Origin: Candidatus Nomurabacteria bacterium
GTDB lineage: Bacteria; Patescibacteriota; Minisyncoccia; Phycocordibacterales; SBAW01
DNA length: 64,000 nt
NCBI GenBank assembly: GCA_943348815.1
Contig: CALQYT010000006.1
Span: 2,501-66,500, forward strand
Direction: 5' to 3'
Part shown: one piece after another, positions 40,354 through 50,578 of the stretch
How the letters are laid out: every line of letters starts with the position of its first letter
How positions within the stretch are numbered: position 1 is the stretch's first letter
The notes under the pieces: generated by a model
The model's database searches: none
Told to the model about the DNA's origin: nothing
Seen by the model: only the letters and a program-made list of their open reading frames with translations
Program-made: the position numbers and the translations under genes

Positions 40354-43144
40354 ATTTATTTATGAGGCCTCTAGCTTCCAATTCTTGCTCTAGGCGATTC
40401 TGGAGTTCTTGCTGTCGGTAGAACTTTTCTTTTTCGATGTCTACGTTTTTTGCTTTTGCGCCAATCAATCCATACAAGAACTTCACAGCTCCGGATGTAT
40501 TCTGATCGCTTAACTTCCCGGCAGTGTTGTAGAACCTGCCAAGAGCGGTGTTTAAGAAGTGAAGCTTATAAGCATTGCCTCGATAACTGACTGAACCGTC
40601 TTTGTTTTTGTGTTCGGTTACTTCCAGCCAGTCTCTTAATCCCGGCACTGAATTCACGAACGGAAAGACTCTATTGTTTGCTTCAATAGGTTCGCCGGTG
40701 AAAAGGTTTTGCCCGGTGCCGACTTCGATTGGATATTTCAGGAGCGGAGATAGTTCACCGACCATGCTCGCCACAGTCCGTTTCGCATCTCCTTTCCAAA
40801 TGCGATTAATGTCTTCGACGGGCAGTCCCAGTCCGTAGAGGTATTGAGAGAAACCGTTCTTTTCACCAAGTCGGACCGGCAGACCCTCTCGCATGTAGGG
40901 CGGTAAGGCGGCGAACTCTTCTTTGGCTTTCTGTTTGTTGTCGCCCTGCAGATTTTCCAGAAGTTTACCGATTGCTCCGTACTTGCCGGGCTGTTTGGCC
41001 ATCTGCTCAAGCTGAAGTGGAATGTTGCCTCGTGTCCATCGGTAGAATGGCAACAGTCGCTTCATTACGTTTTGTTCAAAGCCGGTTAGGGCTTCGGGCG
41101 CATAGTCGAAGTGGAATTGAAATACCTGTTTTGCGGCTTGTTCGGGTGCGTCGCCTTTGATAAGACGATCCACGAACAATGGCAAACGTAATCTGTTTTC
41201 GACCACCTCCATCGCTTTTTTGGGCGTATCCATGAGTTTGGACACAGGGCCCTTACCAATGTCTTTTTCGACCTCACGCATCACATCCAAATACCCAGGC
41301 TGTCCGACGACTCCCAGTTTGTTGGCCAATTCACGGATTTGGCCATATGAGTATTTGGTGCCAAGTTTAGTGGTGATCGTCCCCTCAAGACCCCGAGCGA
41401 TCTGATCGCCTTGCAAATATCGTGCAGGACTCTTTACTCCAGCGAGCCAGTTGTTGAACACGCCACCAATAGAGTTTCTGGTGTGGAATGACGGAAACCA
41501 TCCGGTTACCGATCCTTTCCAAAAACCAAGTGCTTTGTCATAGAGACTTAGGAACTTCCTAGTGGCCTCCTCGTTGGTCAGAGTTTTATAAGTGTCATCT
41601 ACATGCTTTGCGATCTGTTCAGGTAGTAACGTTCCTTTGAGTTGTGGTACTGAGCTTTCGATATACCGGATGCCATTTTCAAAGATGGGTCTGATCGTTT
41701 CTTTGGTCGTCATCTTTCCAGTGATCGGATTTTTAATTTCTTTGGTGATGACTTCCGCTTGTCTGCCGAATTGCTGACCGACGTTGGTCAAAAAGTCATA
41801 AGTATTTACGGCCTTGATGTGTTCGGCCTTACGGGCGGCAAACGCTTTGAAAGCGTCGGGTTCAAAGAGCTGTACACCGTATCTGCCTTGGAAGTATTTG
41901 TTGATCCCTTCGATGGTGCCGTCCAACTGTCTGGTCTTTGCAAATGGATTTTTAACACGAAGCGGTTTGTTTAGTTCGGCCGTTATGTTCATGCCGGTCT
42001 TATTCAGGAAGTCACGGCCCTCGGGTGTGAGATAGTGTCGAACATAATCTGGTAATTCCGTATCTAGGATTCCTTTCTCTTTTTCTATCGTGGCAAAGTT
42101 CGCATGCTGGCCTCGGATATTTTCCATGATCGTGTCGATCACGCTCTTTGGGGCTTCAGCAACCTGAGCGGCTTCTTTTGCCACTGGGCTTTCAAGCATT
42201 TTGCCAATCTCAAGTCCTGCGGTATTGCCCAGCTCTTTTTTGGCTGTCTTACCGAGTGCGGCCGCTTCCTCGACAGCTTTGCTTACTTCGGCTCGGGTGC
42301 CTTTGCTGAATGCAGTAAACTTGTCGAGATATTCTTGGCCTATACCACCGGGCATTTCTTTAATGGCCTTGAATGGCACAAATGCTTTACCGGCCAAGTC
42401 TTTTGCGCCTTGGTAGAGTTTGCCGACAACCGGTGTCTTTTCAACGATAGTATCTGCGGCTCTGAACGGAGCGGTCACTGCGGCTCGGGGCAATATCTGT
42501 TTGCCCATAAACTTGAGGCCGTCTTTAGCGAGAAACTTTTCGCCGCCTTCCTCAAGAACTTTTACGGCTACTGCTTTTCGTCCGGCTTCCTCACCGAGCT
42601 TCAAGATCGAGTCTTTAAGAAGGGTCGTACCGGCTTTGCTCAACGCCACCTCGCCAGCTTTGGTTGCCAATTTAGCTTCGGCCCCATAACCGAATGTTAT
42701 ATATGTAGTCGGATCAAGGAGCACGTCGGCAATAAAGCCACCGATAGGATTCTTAATGCCTAGAGCTTCGGACGGTAGTGTACGTTCTTTTATACCCCTC
42801 ATTATTCCTTTGCCACTGATAAGACCGCCGACTGCGTATGCTCCGGTGTTGAGTAAGTGGAGGAGTCGTTGCAGGACAGATTCTTTCGGCTGGGCGTTGG
42901 AAACATCCACACCTTGTTGAGCGGCGTAATCTTGAAGTCCAGCGACCGTTGTGACTTTCGGCTTGGCCGCAGGAGTGGAGGAATCGCTTGGCATCATCGT
43001 GTACTTGCCACTGGCATCCTTGCCGTACTTCATTCCCGATCCAGAGCTGGGTTCGGCAACCTTAATCGGCGCAACGGGTTTTATTGCCTGTACCGCATCG
43101 GTTCGTATGTACTTTCCAGTTGTAGGGTCTTTAACGTAGGCCAT
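40328..43144 (-). CDS. Large virion protein (938 aa), putative internal/ejection or tail-associated protein
   Basis: Start MAYVKDP 4 nt after the LysM-gene stop. Long Lys/Ala-rich alpha-helical protein. Confidence 0.55.
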   Translation of the reverse strand: MAYVKDPTTGKYIRTDAVQAIKPVAPIKVAEPSSGSGMKYGKDASGKYTMMPSDSSTPAAKPKVTTVAGLQDYAAQQGVDVSNAQPKESVLQRLLHLLNTGAYAVGGLISGKGIMRGIKERTLPSEALGIKNPIGGFIADVLLDPTTYITFGYGAEAKLATKAGEVALSKAGTTLLKDSILKLGEEAGRKAVAVKVLEEGGEKFLAKDGLKFMGKQILPRAAVTAPFRAADTIVEKTPVVGKLYQGAKDLAGKAFVPFKAIKEMPGGIGQEYLDKFTAFSKGTRAEVSKAVEEAAALGKTAKKELGNTAGLEIGKMLESPVAKEAAQVAEAPKSVIDTIMENIRGQHANFATIEKEKGILDTELPDYVRHYLTPEGRDFLNKTGMNITAELNKPLRVKNPFAKTRQLDGTIEGINKYFQGRYGVQLFEPDAFKAFAARKAEHIKAVNTYDFLTNVGQQFGRQAEVITKEIKNPITGKMTTKETIRPIFENGIRYIESSVPQLKGTLLPEQIAKHVDDTYKTLTNEEATRKFLSLYDKALGFWKGSVTGWFPSFHTRNSIGGVFNNWLAGVKSPARYLQGDQIARGLEGTITTKLGTKYSYGQIRELANKLGVVGQPGYLDVMREVEKDIGKGPVSKLMDTPKKAMEVVENRLRLPLFVDRLIKGDAPEQAAKQVFQFHFDYAPEALTGFEQNVMKRLLPFYRWTRGNIPLQLEQMAKQPGKYGAIGKLLENLQGDNKQKAKEEFAALPPYMREGLPVRLGEKNGFSQYLYGLGLPVEDINRIWKGDAKRTVASMVGELSPLLKYPIEVGTGQNLFTGEPIEANNRVFPFVNSVPGLRDWLEVTEHKNKDGSVSYRGNAYKLHFLNTALGRFYNTAGKLSDQNTSGAVKFLYGLIGAKAKNVDIEKEKFYRQQELQNRLEQELEARGLINKFERAYVPK

Positions 43145-43148
43145 ATTT

Positions 43149-44468
43149 TTATTTACCGAATAACCCCTTGAAGAAGTTCTTTGTGCTGGTGTATCCGGAC
43201 TTCGCAAGGCTCGGTATCTTTTGCGTGAACACGTCTTTAACTCCAGCACCAAAGTCGTGAGCTGTTAGCGGCGGTTGTTGTGGTTGCGAGGCGGCGGCCG
43301 CTTGATCTGCGGCGTTTGCGTCATTTACGATCTGATCTCTCTTAGCCAACACCTGACCTCGAATGTTTTGCGGCACATTGGCTATTGAGAAGTTTGGGTT
43401 ATTGAGGAGTTCGAGTGCGTAGGATTCCACGTCACTTGTATCTCCACCGGCTCCAGAACCGCTCGCCGTCTTTCGCCCCACTACCTTTGTCCCGCCGATG
43501 TCATAGGTGGTTCCGGCCGGTGTGCTGTTGGCCAGATTTGCGAGTTTAATTGCTCGGTCGATCACGTCTTGAGCATTTTTCTTTTCTTGCTCTTTGCCAT
43601 ACTTGGCGGCATCGATAATATTGGCTACATCTTTTTCTGATGCGCCAAATACTTGGCTTAGGAGATTGCCGAGTATGCTGTATTGATCCTTTTGGAAGCC
43701 GAGTGTTTTTTCTGCAACGTTGAGTGGAAGCGTTGAATCCTCGTATGCCATACCGGCCGCATCTTTGGCAGAGGCATCGGCTACTCCGAGTTTATTTGCC
43801 AGCTGATTACGTTCGGACAGAAGTTTTCGGTATTCATCAATGAGCGGATTCTTTTCTGATGCGACTAGCCGTTGCGTCTGACTTTCGGTCACAAGACCGC
43901 CGCTTTGTATCGTTCGGTCACGGATATCTTTTTCAGAAGCATTAATAGCTTCCTCCATCTTTGCGAGCCGATCATCCAAGCTCTGCAAATTTGTCTGCAT
44001 CTGATCGATGCCTCGGTTCGCACGTTCGGTTTTATAGAGGTCTCCTTTTTTCGGCAGATTTTTGAGCGTATCGAGGTAGGAAGTCTGGCTATCCTGCATG
44101 CTTTTGAGAGCGGTATCGAGTCCCAGGTCGGACCGGTATTTTTGGAGCAAAGAGGTGTTAGAAGGCACGTCAGCTCCATAAAGGCTGTTATTGGCTGGGG
44201 CTGGGCTCGTCCCCGGGCTCGAAATTTGGTCAACACGGGTGGTTACGGGGGTAGAAGGTGTCACAGGTGCAGGCTGGGGTGAACCGCTCGCCCCCGGGGC
44301 AACGGGCGTGGGTTTCGGTATTTCGGGCAAGTTCAAGGGCGATCCGGCGTAGATCAGGTTCGGATTCTTGATGGTTGGGTTGGCCTTAAGCAGGGCATCT
44401 ACGGTTGTCCCTTGCTGTTTGGCGATTCCCGATAAGGTTTGACCTTTTTGGATGGTTATTGTTGCCAT
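43149..44468 (-). CDS. LysM-domain protein with coiled-coil (phage structural/peptidoglycan-binding)
   Basis: N-terminal LysM (IQKGQTLSGIAKQQGTTVDALLKANP..IYAGSPLNLP), a Pro/Thr linker and a coiled-coil. Confidence 0.6.
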   Translation of the reverse strand: MATITIQKGQTLSGIAKQQGTTVDALLKANPTIKNPNLIYAGSPLNLPEIPKPTPVAPGASGSPQPAPVTPSTPVTTRVDQISSPGTSPAPANNSLYGADVPSNTSLLQKYRSDLGLDTALKSMQDSQTSYLDTLKNLPKKGDLYKTERANRGIDQMQTNLQSLDDRLAKMEEAINASEKDIRDRTIQSGGLVTESQTQRLVASEKNPLIDEYRKLLSERNQLANKLGVADASAKDAAGMAYEDSTLPLNVAEKTLGFQKDQYSILGNLLSQVFGASEKDVANIIDAAKYGKEQEKKNAQDVIDRAIKLANLANSTPAGTTYDIGGTKVVGRKTASGSGAGGDTSDVESYALELLNNPNFSIANVPQNIRGQVLAKRDQIVNDANAADQAAAASQPQQPPLTAHDFGAGVKDVFTQKIPSLAKSGYTSTKNFFKGLFGK

Positions 44469-44472
44469 AGGT

Positions 44473-44667
44473 TTAAGTCAGGGTTACGTATCTCCAGTTG
44501 CCGTTGAAAAAGATATAAAACCGTCTCACGCCTCCACTGTCATAGAGGGCAAAACTTATCGGTGTCCTCGGTGTATCAGTCGGCGCGACGTCGAGAATGG
44601 GGATGTCACGAAGGAGCCTTAGGATCGACCCCAAATTCGGATCATTGATGTTTTTATCTTCGTTCAT
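44473..44667 (-). CDS. Hypothetical small phage protein
   Basis: 64-aa ORF. Confidence 0.3.
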   Translation of the reverse strand: MNEDKNINDPNLGSILRLLRDIPILDVAPTDTPRTPISFALYDSGGVRRFYIFFNGNWRYVTLT

Positions 44668-44672
44668 GGTGA

Positions 44673-44963
44673 TTATGGTAGGTTTTTAAACTCGTCCAAG
44701 ACCTCATTAATCTGGTCGAGTTGCGTTTTGAATTTGGCCATAGTGACCTCGATGTCCTCTTTTTCTTTTTGCAATGCAGGAATGTTGATCACTGTTACGT
44801 CTGGGCGTGAATCAATTTTTTTCACGTTATCGTCATCTATTTTCTCCAACGTGAACTTTTTCTTTATTTCCGTTGGAGGTGGCGTTACCACCGGCTCTGG
44901 TTTGGGTTCGACTGGGGCCGGAGTCGCATCTGCTGTATTTGGTGTTGTTGTTTCGTCGGGCAT
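44673..44963 (-). CDS. Hypothetical phage protein (Pro/Thr-rich N-terminus)
   Basis: 96-aa ORF. Confidence 0.4.
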   Translation of the reverse strand: MPDETTTPNTADATPAPVEPKPEPVVTPPPTEIKKKFTLEKIDDDNVKKIDSRPDVTVINIPALQKEKEDIEVTMAKFKTQLDQINEVLDEFKNLP

Positions 44964-44970
44964 ATATTTT

Positions 44971-46716
44971 TTATTTAATTATTCGATCAGGGATGTATAC
45001 GGTTGAGATATCGGAAATTCCCATATCCCACTCGCCAATAAATCCCGATGGTGACCAGACCTCAATTTTTAACTGAATCTTTTTCGACCTCGCATTGAAC
45101 CGGAGCAGTTTGTTAACTGCCGCCGGATAATCACTCCCCTTGAGAGTGGCGATCTTTTTAAATGAGGAGAGCAAAATGTAGGAGTTGCTGTCGTAGCTCT
45201 CGCCGTTGTAGAGCGTTTCGTCCACATAGATTCTCTTGAGCGTAGTGTCGATCGATGCGACATGTCTTATTTGCCCCGCACCGCCACCGGAGAGCACTGT
45301 TATTTCATCGCCGACTTCGTAGTAAGGCGGCGAACCCGGCAGAAATGAGAGATCAAAATAAGTGCTCGAACCTCCTAGGGCGTACTGAGTATATTTTTGA
45401 TATTGCTCGGTGGTGTTGTACTTGATCACTATTCTTGCAAAGCTTGTGTTCACTAGTGGTTTCCAAAAGTTAAGGATCACTTGCTTAAATCGTTTACGCA
45501 GATACGGTTCATCATCGAGAAGTGGCGTTACGAGAATTGCTCCCCAGTTGTACGGCCGCGCAGTGCCTTGATCCATCGAAGCGTCGATGACATACGCTCC
45601 GGAGCCGCCGCCTTTGTACCAAGCGGCTCGGAAAATATTGCCACCAGTATCGACAAGAATGCTTCCAACACTGATCACGCCAAAGCCACTTATGTTCGTA
45701 GTAGCGTTGTTCGACATCGTGTGTTTGAAATACAAAGCCCTTGTTACTGGGTTGAAGACCCAAATGCCACCGGGCAGGAATCGTTTGGACATGTCGTATC
45801 CGCTCGCACCTTTTCCGATCAGAATTAATCCTTGGAAAACTTTGACTGCGTCCGGATTGATGTTTATAAGGCTGGCGTAGTTAGCATCAAGCTGAATGTC
45901 CGGGAATCGTGCGAGCTTTATAAGTCCAACGCCGTTGAATGCATTGATCCAGCCATCACCAGTTATCACGTAGAGCGTGTTCTTATCGACTACACCGGCT
46001 AGAGCTCGGACTTGTGGTAGTTGGATTACTCGGTTGTAGGTTTGTGAGTAACCGTCCCAGAAAAAGAGGGCTGATCCGAAGGCGTTATGGTGAGCACAAA
46101 TGACGAGATAGTCGGTAAGCGGTTGAAGCCACTTGATCTTGTATCCGAGTGGCAGGGTGATACGAGTTGAATTCCACGTTCCAGCTCCTTGATCCCATAC
46201 GGCCAAGTATCTTTGGTTTCCGAAGCAGACGAATTTTAGAAACTTATTTATCGGACACAATTCGGCATTGTTCGATACAGCAAAACTCTGCCATGAGTCA
46301 TTCCATGTCGCGGCATTGGCATCGTATCTACCGGCGTATCCGTTTGAGGCGAAGTATAAATATCCTTTCTCGACGTAATTATCGATTTGGCTGTCACCGA
46401 ACAGTCCTAAACCTCCCCAAGCGTTCACGTTGTCATGAACTTCCGTCCAGCTCGGGTAGTTGTAGCGGAATATCTTGCCGTCGAGCATGTTGTTGACGTA
46501 GTTTGTGTTGTCAAAAATTGTGCCCCAGTACACATCAGCCAGCGTGGGAACTGATGCGCTGTCGGCTTCCTTGATCATCTTTGATGCCACTCGCAGGTAT
46601 GGTGGTGATGCTTCAAAGTCCAGTCCTTGTGACCACCAGAACATGCCTTCGGCATTGAGATTACCCAGTCCGAGGTGAAAGCGTGATATTTTCCAAATTT
46701 TCTTTGCGAGTGACAT
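44971..46716 (-). CDS. Putative tail/receptor-binding protein (propeller-like, W/Y/G-rich)
   Basis: 581 aa with recurring aromatic-Gly blades (GGLGLFGDS.., GYLYFASNGYAGRY.., GGIWVFNP..). Confidence 0.5.
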   Translation of the reverse strand: MSLAKKIWKISRFHLGLGNLNAEGMFWWSQGLDFEASPPYLRVASKMIKEADSASVPTLADVYWGTIFDNTNYVNNMLDGKIFRYNYPSWTEVHDNVNAWGGLGLFGDSQIDNYVEKGYLYFASNGYAGRYDANAATWNDSWQSFAVSNNAELCPINKFLKFVCFGNQRYLAVWDQGAGTWNSTRITLPLGYKIKWLQPLTDYLVICAHHNAFGSALFFWDGYSQTYNRVIQLPQVRALAGVVDKNTLYVITGDGWINAFNGVGLIKLARFPDIQLDANYASLININPDAVKVFQGLILIGKGASGYDMSKRFLPGGIWVFNPVTRALYFKHTMSNNATTNISGFGVISVGSILVDTGGNIFRAAWYKGGGSGAYVIDASMDQGTARPYNWGAILVTPLLDDEPYLRKRFKQVILNFWKPLVNTSFARIVIKYNTTEQYQKYTQYALGGSSTYFDLSFLPGSPPYYEVGDEITVLSGGGAGQIRHVASIDTTLKRIYVDETLYNGESYDSNSYILLSSFKKIATLKGSDYPAAVNKLLRFNARSKKIQLKIEVWSPSGFIGEWDMGISDISTVYIPDRIIK

Positions 46717-46723
46717 GGTGGTT

Positions 46724-47356
46724 TTATACGAGACTGCTTCTTGGTATCTCGGCTTGATCAGAAGCCGCGGCCATTCGAGCGATCTCTTGGTCTCGCCATT
46801 TGCCGATCATGATTTTCTCAAAGTTATTTTCTGCTTGGCGTTCAAGCTCGGTGTCGCCTTGCTGGTTGTAGTACATTTTTTTGCCCCATTCGACGTAGGC
46901 TTGGTGGTAGAGCTTTTCTACTTCCGGCTCGTCATTGTCGGAGGCAAAGTCGTCTGAGATCCGCACAAACACCAAATTCATGCTGTCGCCGTCTTTGGTC
47001 GGTATTGCTATCGGGTAAAACGAACCGCCGAGCAGGTAGACTGCGTGGTTGGTGTAGTCGCTTCGTTTTCGGAAGTCGACCAGCTTATAGGGTTGAGTGT
47101 CAGTGCCGACTCTTAATTCCATGAACGCTCGAAAGTTTTCGGGGACCGGGTATCTTGTCTGATTAGCAACAGTCGTGTACGGCTGTTCGGTCTTGAGATA
47201 GTCCCAGTAATCGAATGATTGGTTTTGATCGTTTGCTGGTCGCCAACCCTGAACCTTTTCATCGGCTTTCTGCACCCACGTGTTGAGCAGTGTGTCATCA
47301 ACAGTCTGGTCGTCGACTTCGTTCTTGATTGCTTTTTTAATGTCGCCTCTGGTCAT
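46724..47356 (-). CDS. Hypothetical phage structural protein
   Basis: 210-aa ORF. Confidence 0.45.
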   Translation of the reverse strand: MTRGDIKKAIKNEVDDQTVDDTLLNTWVQKADEKVQGWRPANDQNQSFDYWDYLKTEQPYTTVANQTRYPVPENFRAFMELRVGTDTQPYKLVDFRKRSDYTNHAVYLLGGSFYPIAIPTKDGDSMNLVFVRISDDFASDNDEPEVEKLYHQAYVEWGKKMYYNQQGDTELERQAENNFEKIMIGKWRDQEIARMAAASDQAEIPRSSLV

Positions 47357-47361
47357 AGATT

Positions 47362-47676
47362 TTAGATGTCATCACGGATGATGATTGATAGTTGTTTGTA
47401 GCCGGTCTGGATTTTGCCGTCCGGAAACGTAACCTCGACCTCACCGAGATACGTTGCGACCGTGTTGGTGTCCGAAGATGTCCAGCTGTACCGGCATTTG
47501 CCCTTGAGGGCATCGGTAATGGTGCAGGTTGCGCCGTTGATCTTTACGGATCCCGTGGTTGCGTCCTTCATGTAAAACTTCACCGTGCATCCAGTTAAAT
47601 CCACCGGCGCACCATCTTGGGTGAGGGTGAATTCGAGTGGAGGACGAGTGTCGTTTTGTACGATTTTTATGCTCAT
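47362..47676 (-). CDS. Hypothetical phage protein
   Basis: 104-aa ORF. Confidence 0.4.
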   Translation of the reverse strand: MSIKIVQNDTRPPLEFTLTQDGAPVDLTGCTVKFYMKDATTGSVKINGATCTITDALKGKCRYSWTSSDTNTVATYLGEVEVTFPDGKIQTGYKQLSIIIRDDI

Positions 47677-49016
47677 AGGTTTATGTCTTGTTTCTTTCCC
47701 GGCAAAGCCACATCTGTCTTTGCGGTTTGCAGTTGCTGATCTTGCCGAGCCGTTTTGACCTCAACGCCTGGCTTGGCAGTGGTAAGTCCCAATGTCTCTC
47801 TGGCCGAGAGCATCAGGATTGATAATTTCGCCGATACGAGCTGGATCGCAATCTTTACACCAGCAGGAATTTTCCAGATATCCCACACGTACCGCAGTGT
47901 CTTGGCTATCAGTCCTTGGATGTCCAGCAGATATGTCCATTGCTTGCCGAGCGTGATCAGGATGTCGAATCGGTACGTCCACGTTTTATTCAGAGTGATG
48001 AGGATGTCCATCACATAGTTCATGGACTTCGTTGCAAACTGGCGTATGTCGAGGAGGTAGGTCTCGATCTTTGCTATAAGAATTCTGATATCAAGCTTGT
48101 ACGTTTCAACCCTGGTCACGAGTGCATTGATATCGAGCTTATAGATCAGGGTTCGGGCAACGAAGCTGGTAATGTCAAACAGATACGTCACCTGCTTTTG
48201 CACGTTCAGCAAAATGTCAGACAAGTACGTTTCTATTTTTGCGATGAGATTCCGGACGTCGAGAACGTAGCGGAGATTCTTTGTCGCAAGGTTTCTGATA
48301 TCCAGCACATATGTCCATGCCTTTGACGCAAGACCTCTTATGTCGAGGAGATATGTCATGGTCTCGTTGGCCAAGTTTCGGATATCCAGTTTGTAGGTCA
48401 GCATCTTTGCGACTGCATCACCAACGTCGAACAGGTATGTTTCAATCTTTGTTGCAAGATTGCGGATGTCGAATTGGTAGATGGTCGTTCGGATTGCAGA
48501 CAGGAAGTTGTCGAACTTGTACGTCCACTGTTTTCCTAGCGTGATCAAAATGTCGAGCAAGTAGTTTGGATACTTTGCGATCAGGTTTTGGATGTCCAGC
48601 TTATAAGTCATTGTCTTGAAAGCTCCCCCGATGATGTCGAACACGTAGGTTATCGTCTTTGTTGCTTGAATGAATTCGTCTAGCAGGTACGTTACGGTTT
48701 TCGTTGCCAAGTTCCGGATGTCTAAGATGTAGGTCAATGCTTTCGTCGCTAGGTTTCTGATATCGAGTACATATATCAGGGATTTCGTTGCAAGATTCCA
48801 AGCATCGAACAGATAGGCCTCAACCTTTGTCACAAGATTCCGAATGTCGAGGACGTATGTCCTCACGTTCAGCACAGTGATGAATTCGTCGAAAAGATAC
48901 CTGATCGTTTTTGCTACCAATCCAAACAGGTCGAGCACATAGCTCACGTTCTTATTCACCGGGCTTGACCCAGTATTGTTAAGTTGTGCCGTGTTGAATT
49001 GATAGGAGTTGAGCAT
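47673..49016 (-). CDS. Repetitive fibre-like protein (~14-aa tandem repeats, TYxLDIRNLATKxx)
   Basis: More than 25 degenerate repeats (YVLDIRNLATKALTYILDIRNLATKTVTYLLD..), with a corresponding ~42-bp DNA periodicity. Confidence 0.55.
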   Translation of the reverse strand: MLNSYQFNTAQLNNTGSSPVNKNVSYVLDLFGLVAKTIRYLFDEFITVLNVRTYVLDIRNLVTKVEAYLFDAWNLATKSLIYVLDIRNLATKALTYILDIRNLATKTVTYLLDEFIQATKTITYVFDIIGGAFKTMTYKLDIQNLIAKYPNYLLDILITLGKQWTYKFDNFLSAIRTTIYQFDIRNLATKIETYLFDVGDAVAKMLTYKLDIRNLANETMTYLLDIRGLASKAWTYVLDIRNLATKNLRYVLDVRNLIAKIETYLSDILLNVQKQVTYLFDITSFVARTLIYKLDINALVTRVETYKLDIRILIAKIETYLLDIRQFATKSMNYVMDILITLNKTWTYRFDILITLGKQWTYLLDIQGLIAKTLRYVWDIWKIPAGVKIAIQLVSAKLSILMLSARETLGLTTAKPGVEVKTARQDQQLQTAKTDVALPGKKQDINL

Positions 49017-49022
49017 AAGCGT

Positions 49023-50564
49023 TTATCCTGTTGCTGGTATGTTTGTTCCCCGCACGGAGTTGGTGCCTTGCAGTGAGATTTGAGCAGTGACGGCGTCTTT
49101 GCACACGTTGCCGATCACCAAGTTGAAATCATCGCCGGTGGCATTCTCTCGGATGTGGTATGCAACCTTATTCGCCGCGGCCGCTTGGCAGTTGTTGCCG
49201 ATAACCGTGTTGTAGGTCGAAAAGGTGGTGCCGTTATCATCGAGAAAAATGTCGCTATAGGTGTTATTCGTTCCTGTACCGTTATCAATCAGCATGTTGC
49301 TGGAGATGACATTCTTGGACCCACGGATTCTGATGGCGTGTAGTGCGGTTGAGCGAATGGTATTGCCGACAATGGCGTTTTGATTCGCACCAGCTTGCAT
49401 ATAAATCGCTTCTTGGTTTGCGAGATAAATGCTGTTGCCACTTATCGTGTTGCCGATCACGTTTGAGTCGGCCGCTCCCAAGATTGCTCGATATGGCTGG
49501 TAGAAGCTGTTACCAGTAATCGCGGTTCTTGCAGTGCTGGCCGCCAGATAAACGCCAGTTTGGAAGAAAGCAACACTTCCAAACCAATTGGCGGATACGT
49601 TGAAGTTCACGACGCCGTTCAAATACACACCGTAGGAAGTGTTATCAATAAACACATTGCCGGTGACGTTGTTGTAGTGTGCGTTTGAATAAACACCGTA
49701 TAAGTTGTGAATTAGGACATTGCCGATAATATCGTTGGTTTGCGAGCTCGAGAAAATGCCTATGCCAGCACCGCCGGTATTTTCATCGATGATATTATTT
49801 TCAATGATACTTTTATCGGCAAAGATTAATTTCAGGCAATCCAATAAGCAATTGGTGAGCCGACACCCTCTCACGATATTTCTCAGAGATTTTGTGCCAG
49901 ATGAGCCGTATAGCACGATGGCCGCTCCGAGAGATGTTTGGTTAGCTCTATTGCCGTCCACCGTTAAGTCCTCGACCACGCAGTCGTTGACGATAGTAGT
50001 TCCGTTGCCGACTTGAATCATGTCGACGTTGGTTGAGTTGGCTAAGGTGATCTTGGTTGATTTTCCTTCGCCTCGCAGGATGACGTTGCTTTTCAAGATG
50101 TTGATGTTCCCAGCAATCGTGTACGTTCCTTTTTTGAGTACGACCACGCCGCCACCCGACGGCAGATTGCTTATCGCTTCATTGATCTCGGATTCGTCAG
50201 CTGTACCGTCGGTGTTGTAATCGCCGGAGCCGTCAGTGGCTACGATCACCTCTGTTCTTGCTTGGAAGTCGTCAAAGAGCTGGGCAGTCACCAACAGTTC
50301 AATGTGTGCATTCTGTGCCCACGACTGGGCGGTAGTTCCTTCTTTGGCTCTCACAATCGTGAAAGCGTCCGTAGACTTTGCGGTAACTCTTACAATCTCC
50401 CCAAGTGCCGCGTCAGTCGTGTAGAGTGTGGCGTGAAATGGGACGGCTGGAAACTTCGCACCATCGCCAGTCTGCACGTTCAAAGTCGTCGCTCCCGATC
50501 CGAGAGGATTGTCAGTGATCGTGCTCTTGGCATTGTTCTTTTTGGTGAGGAAAGTTTTAGCCAT
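49023..50564 (-). CDS. Right-handed beta-helix (pectate-lyase-like) tailspike/depolymerase candidate
   Basis: Repeated NxxGNxxxxN rungs (IIGNVLIHN..VTGNVFIDN..ITGNSFYQP..VIGNTISGN..IVGNTIRST). Confidence 0.6.
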   Translation of the reverse strand: MAKTFLTKKNNAKSTITDNPLGSGATTLNVQTGDGAKFPAVPFHATLYTTDAALGEIVRVTAKSTDAFTIVRAKEGTTAQSWAQNAHIELLVTAQLFDDFQARTEVIVATDGSGDYNTDGTADESEINEAISNLPSGGGVVVLKKGTYTIAGNINILKSNVILRGEGKSTKITLANSTNVDMIQVGNGTTIVNDCVVEDLTVDGNRANQTSLGAAIVLYGSSGTKSLRNIVRGCRLTNCLLDCLKLIFADKSIIENNIIDENTGGAGIGIFSSSQTNDIIGNVLIHNLYGVYSNAHYNNVTGNVFIDNTSYGVYLNGVVNFNVSANWFGSVAFFQTGVYLAASTARTAITGNSFYQPYRAILGAADSNVIGNTISGNSIYLANQEAIYMQAGANQNAIVGNTIRSTALHAIRIRGSKNVISSNMLIDNGTGTNNTYSDIFLDDNGTTFSTYNTVIGNNCQAAAANKVAYHIRENATGDDFNLVIGNVCKDAVTAQISLQGTNSVRGTNIPATG

Positions 50565-50578
50565 AGGTTATAAGTTCT

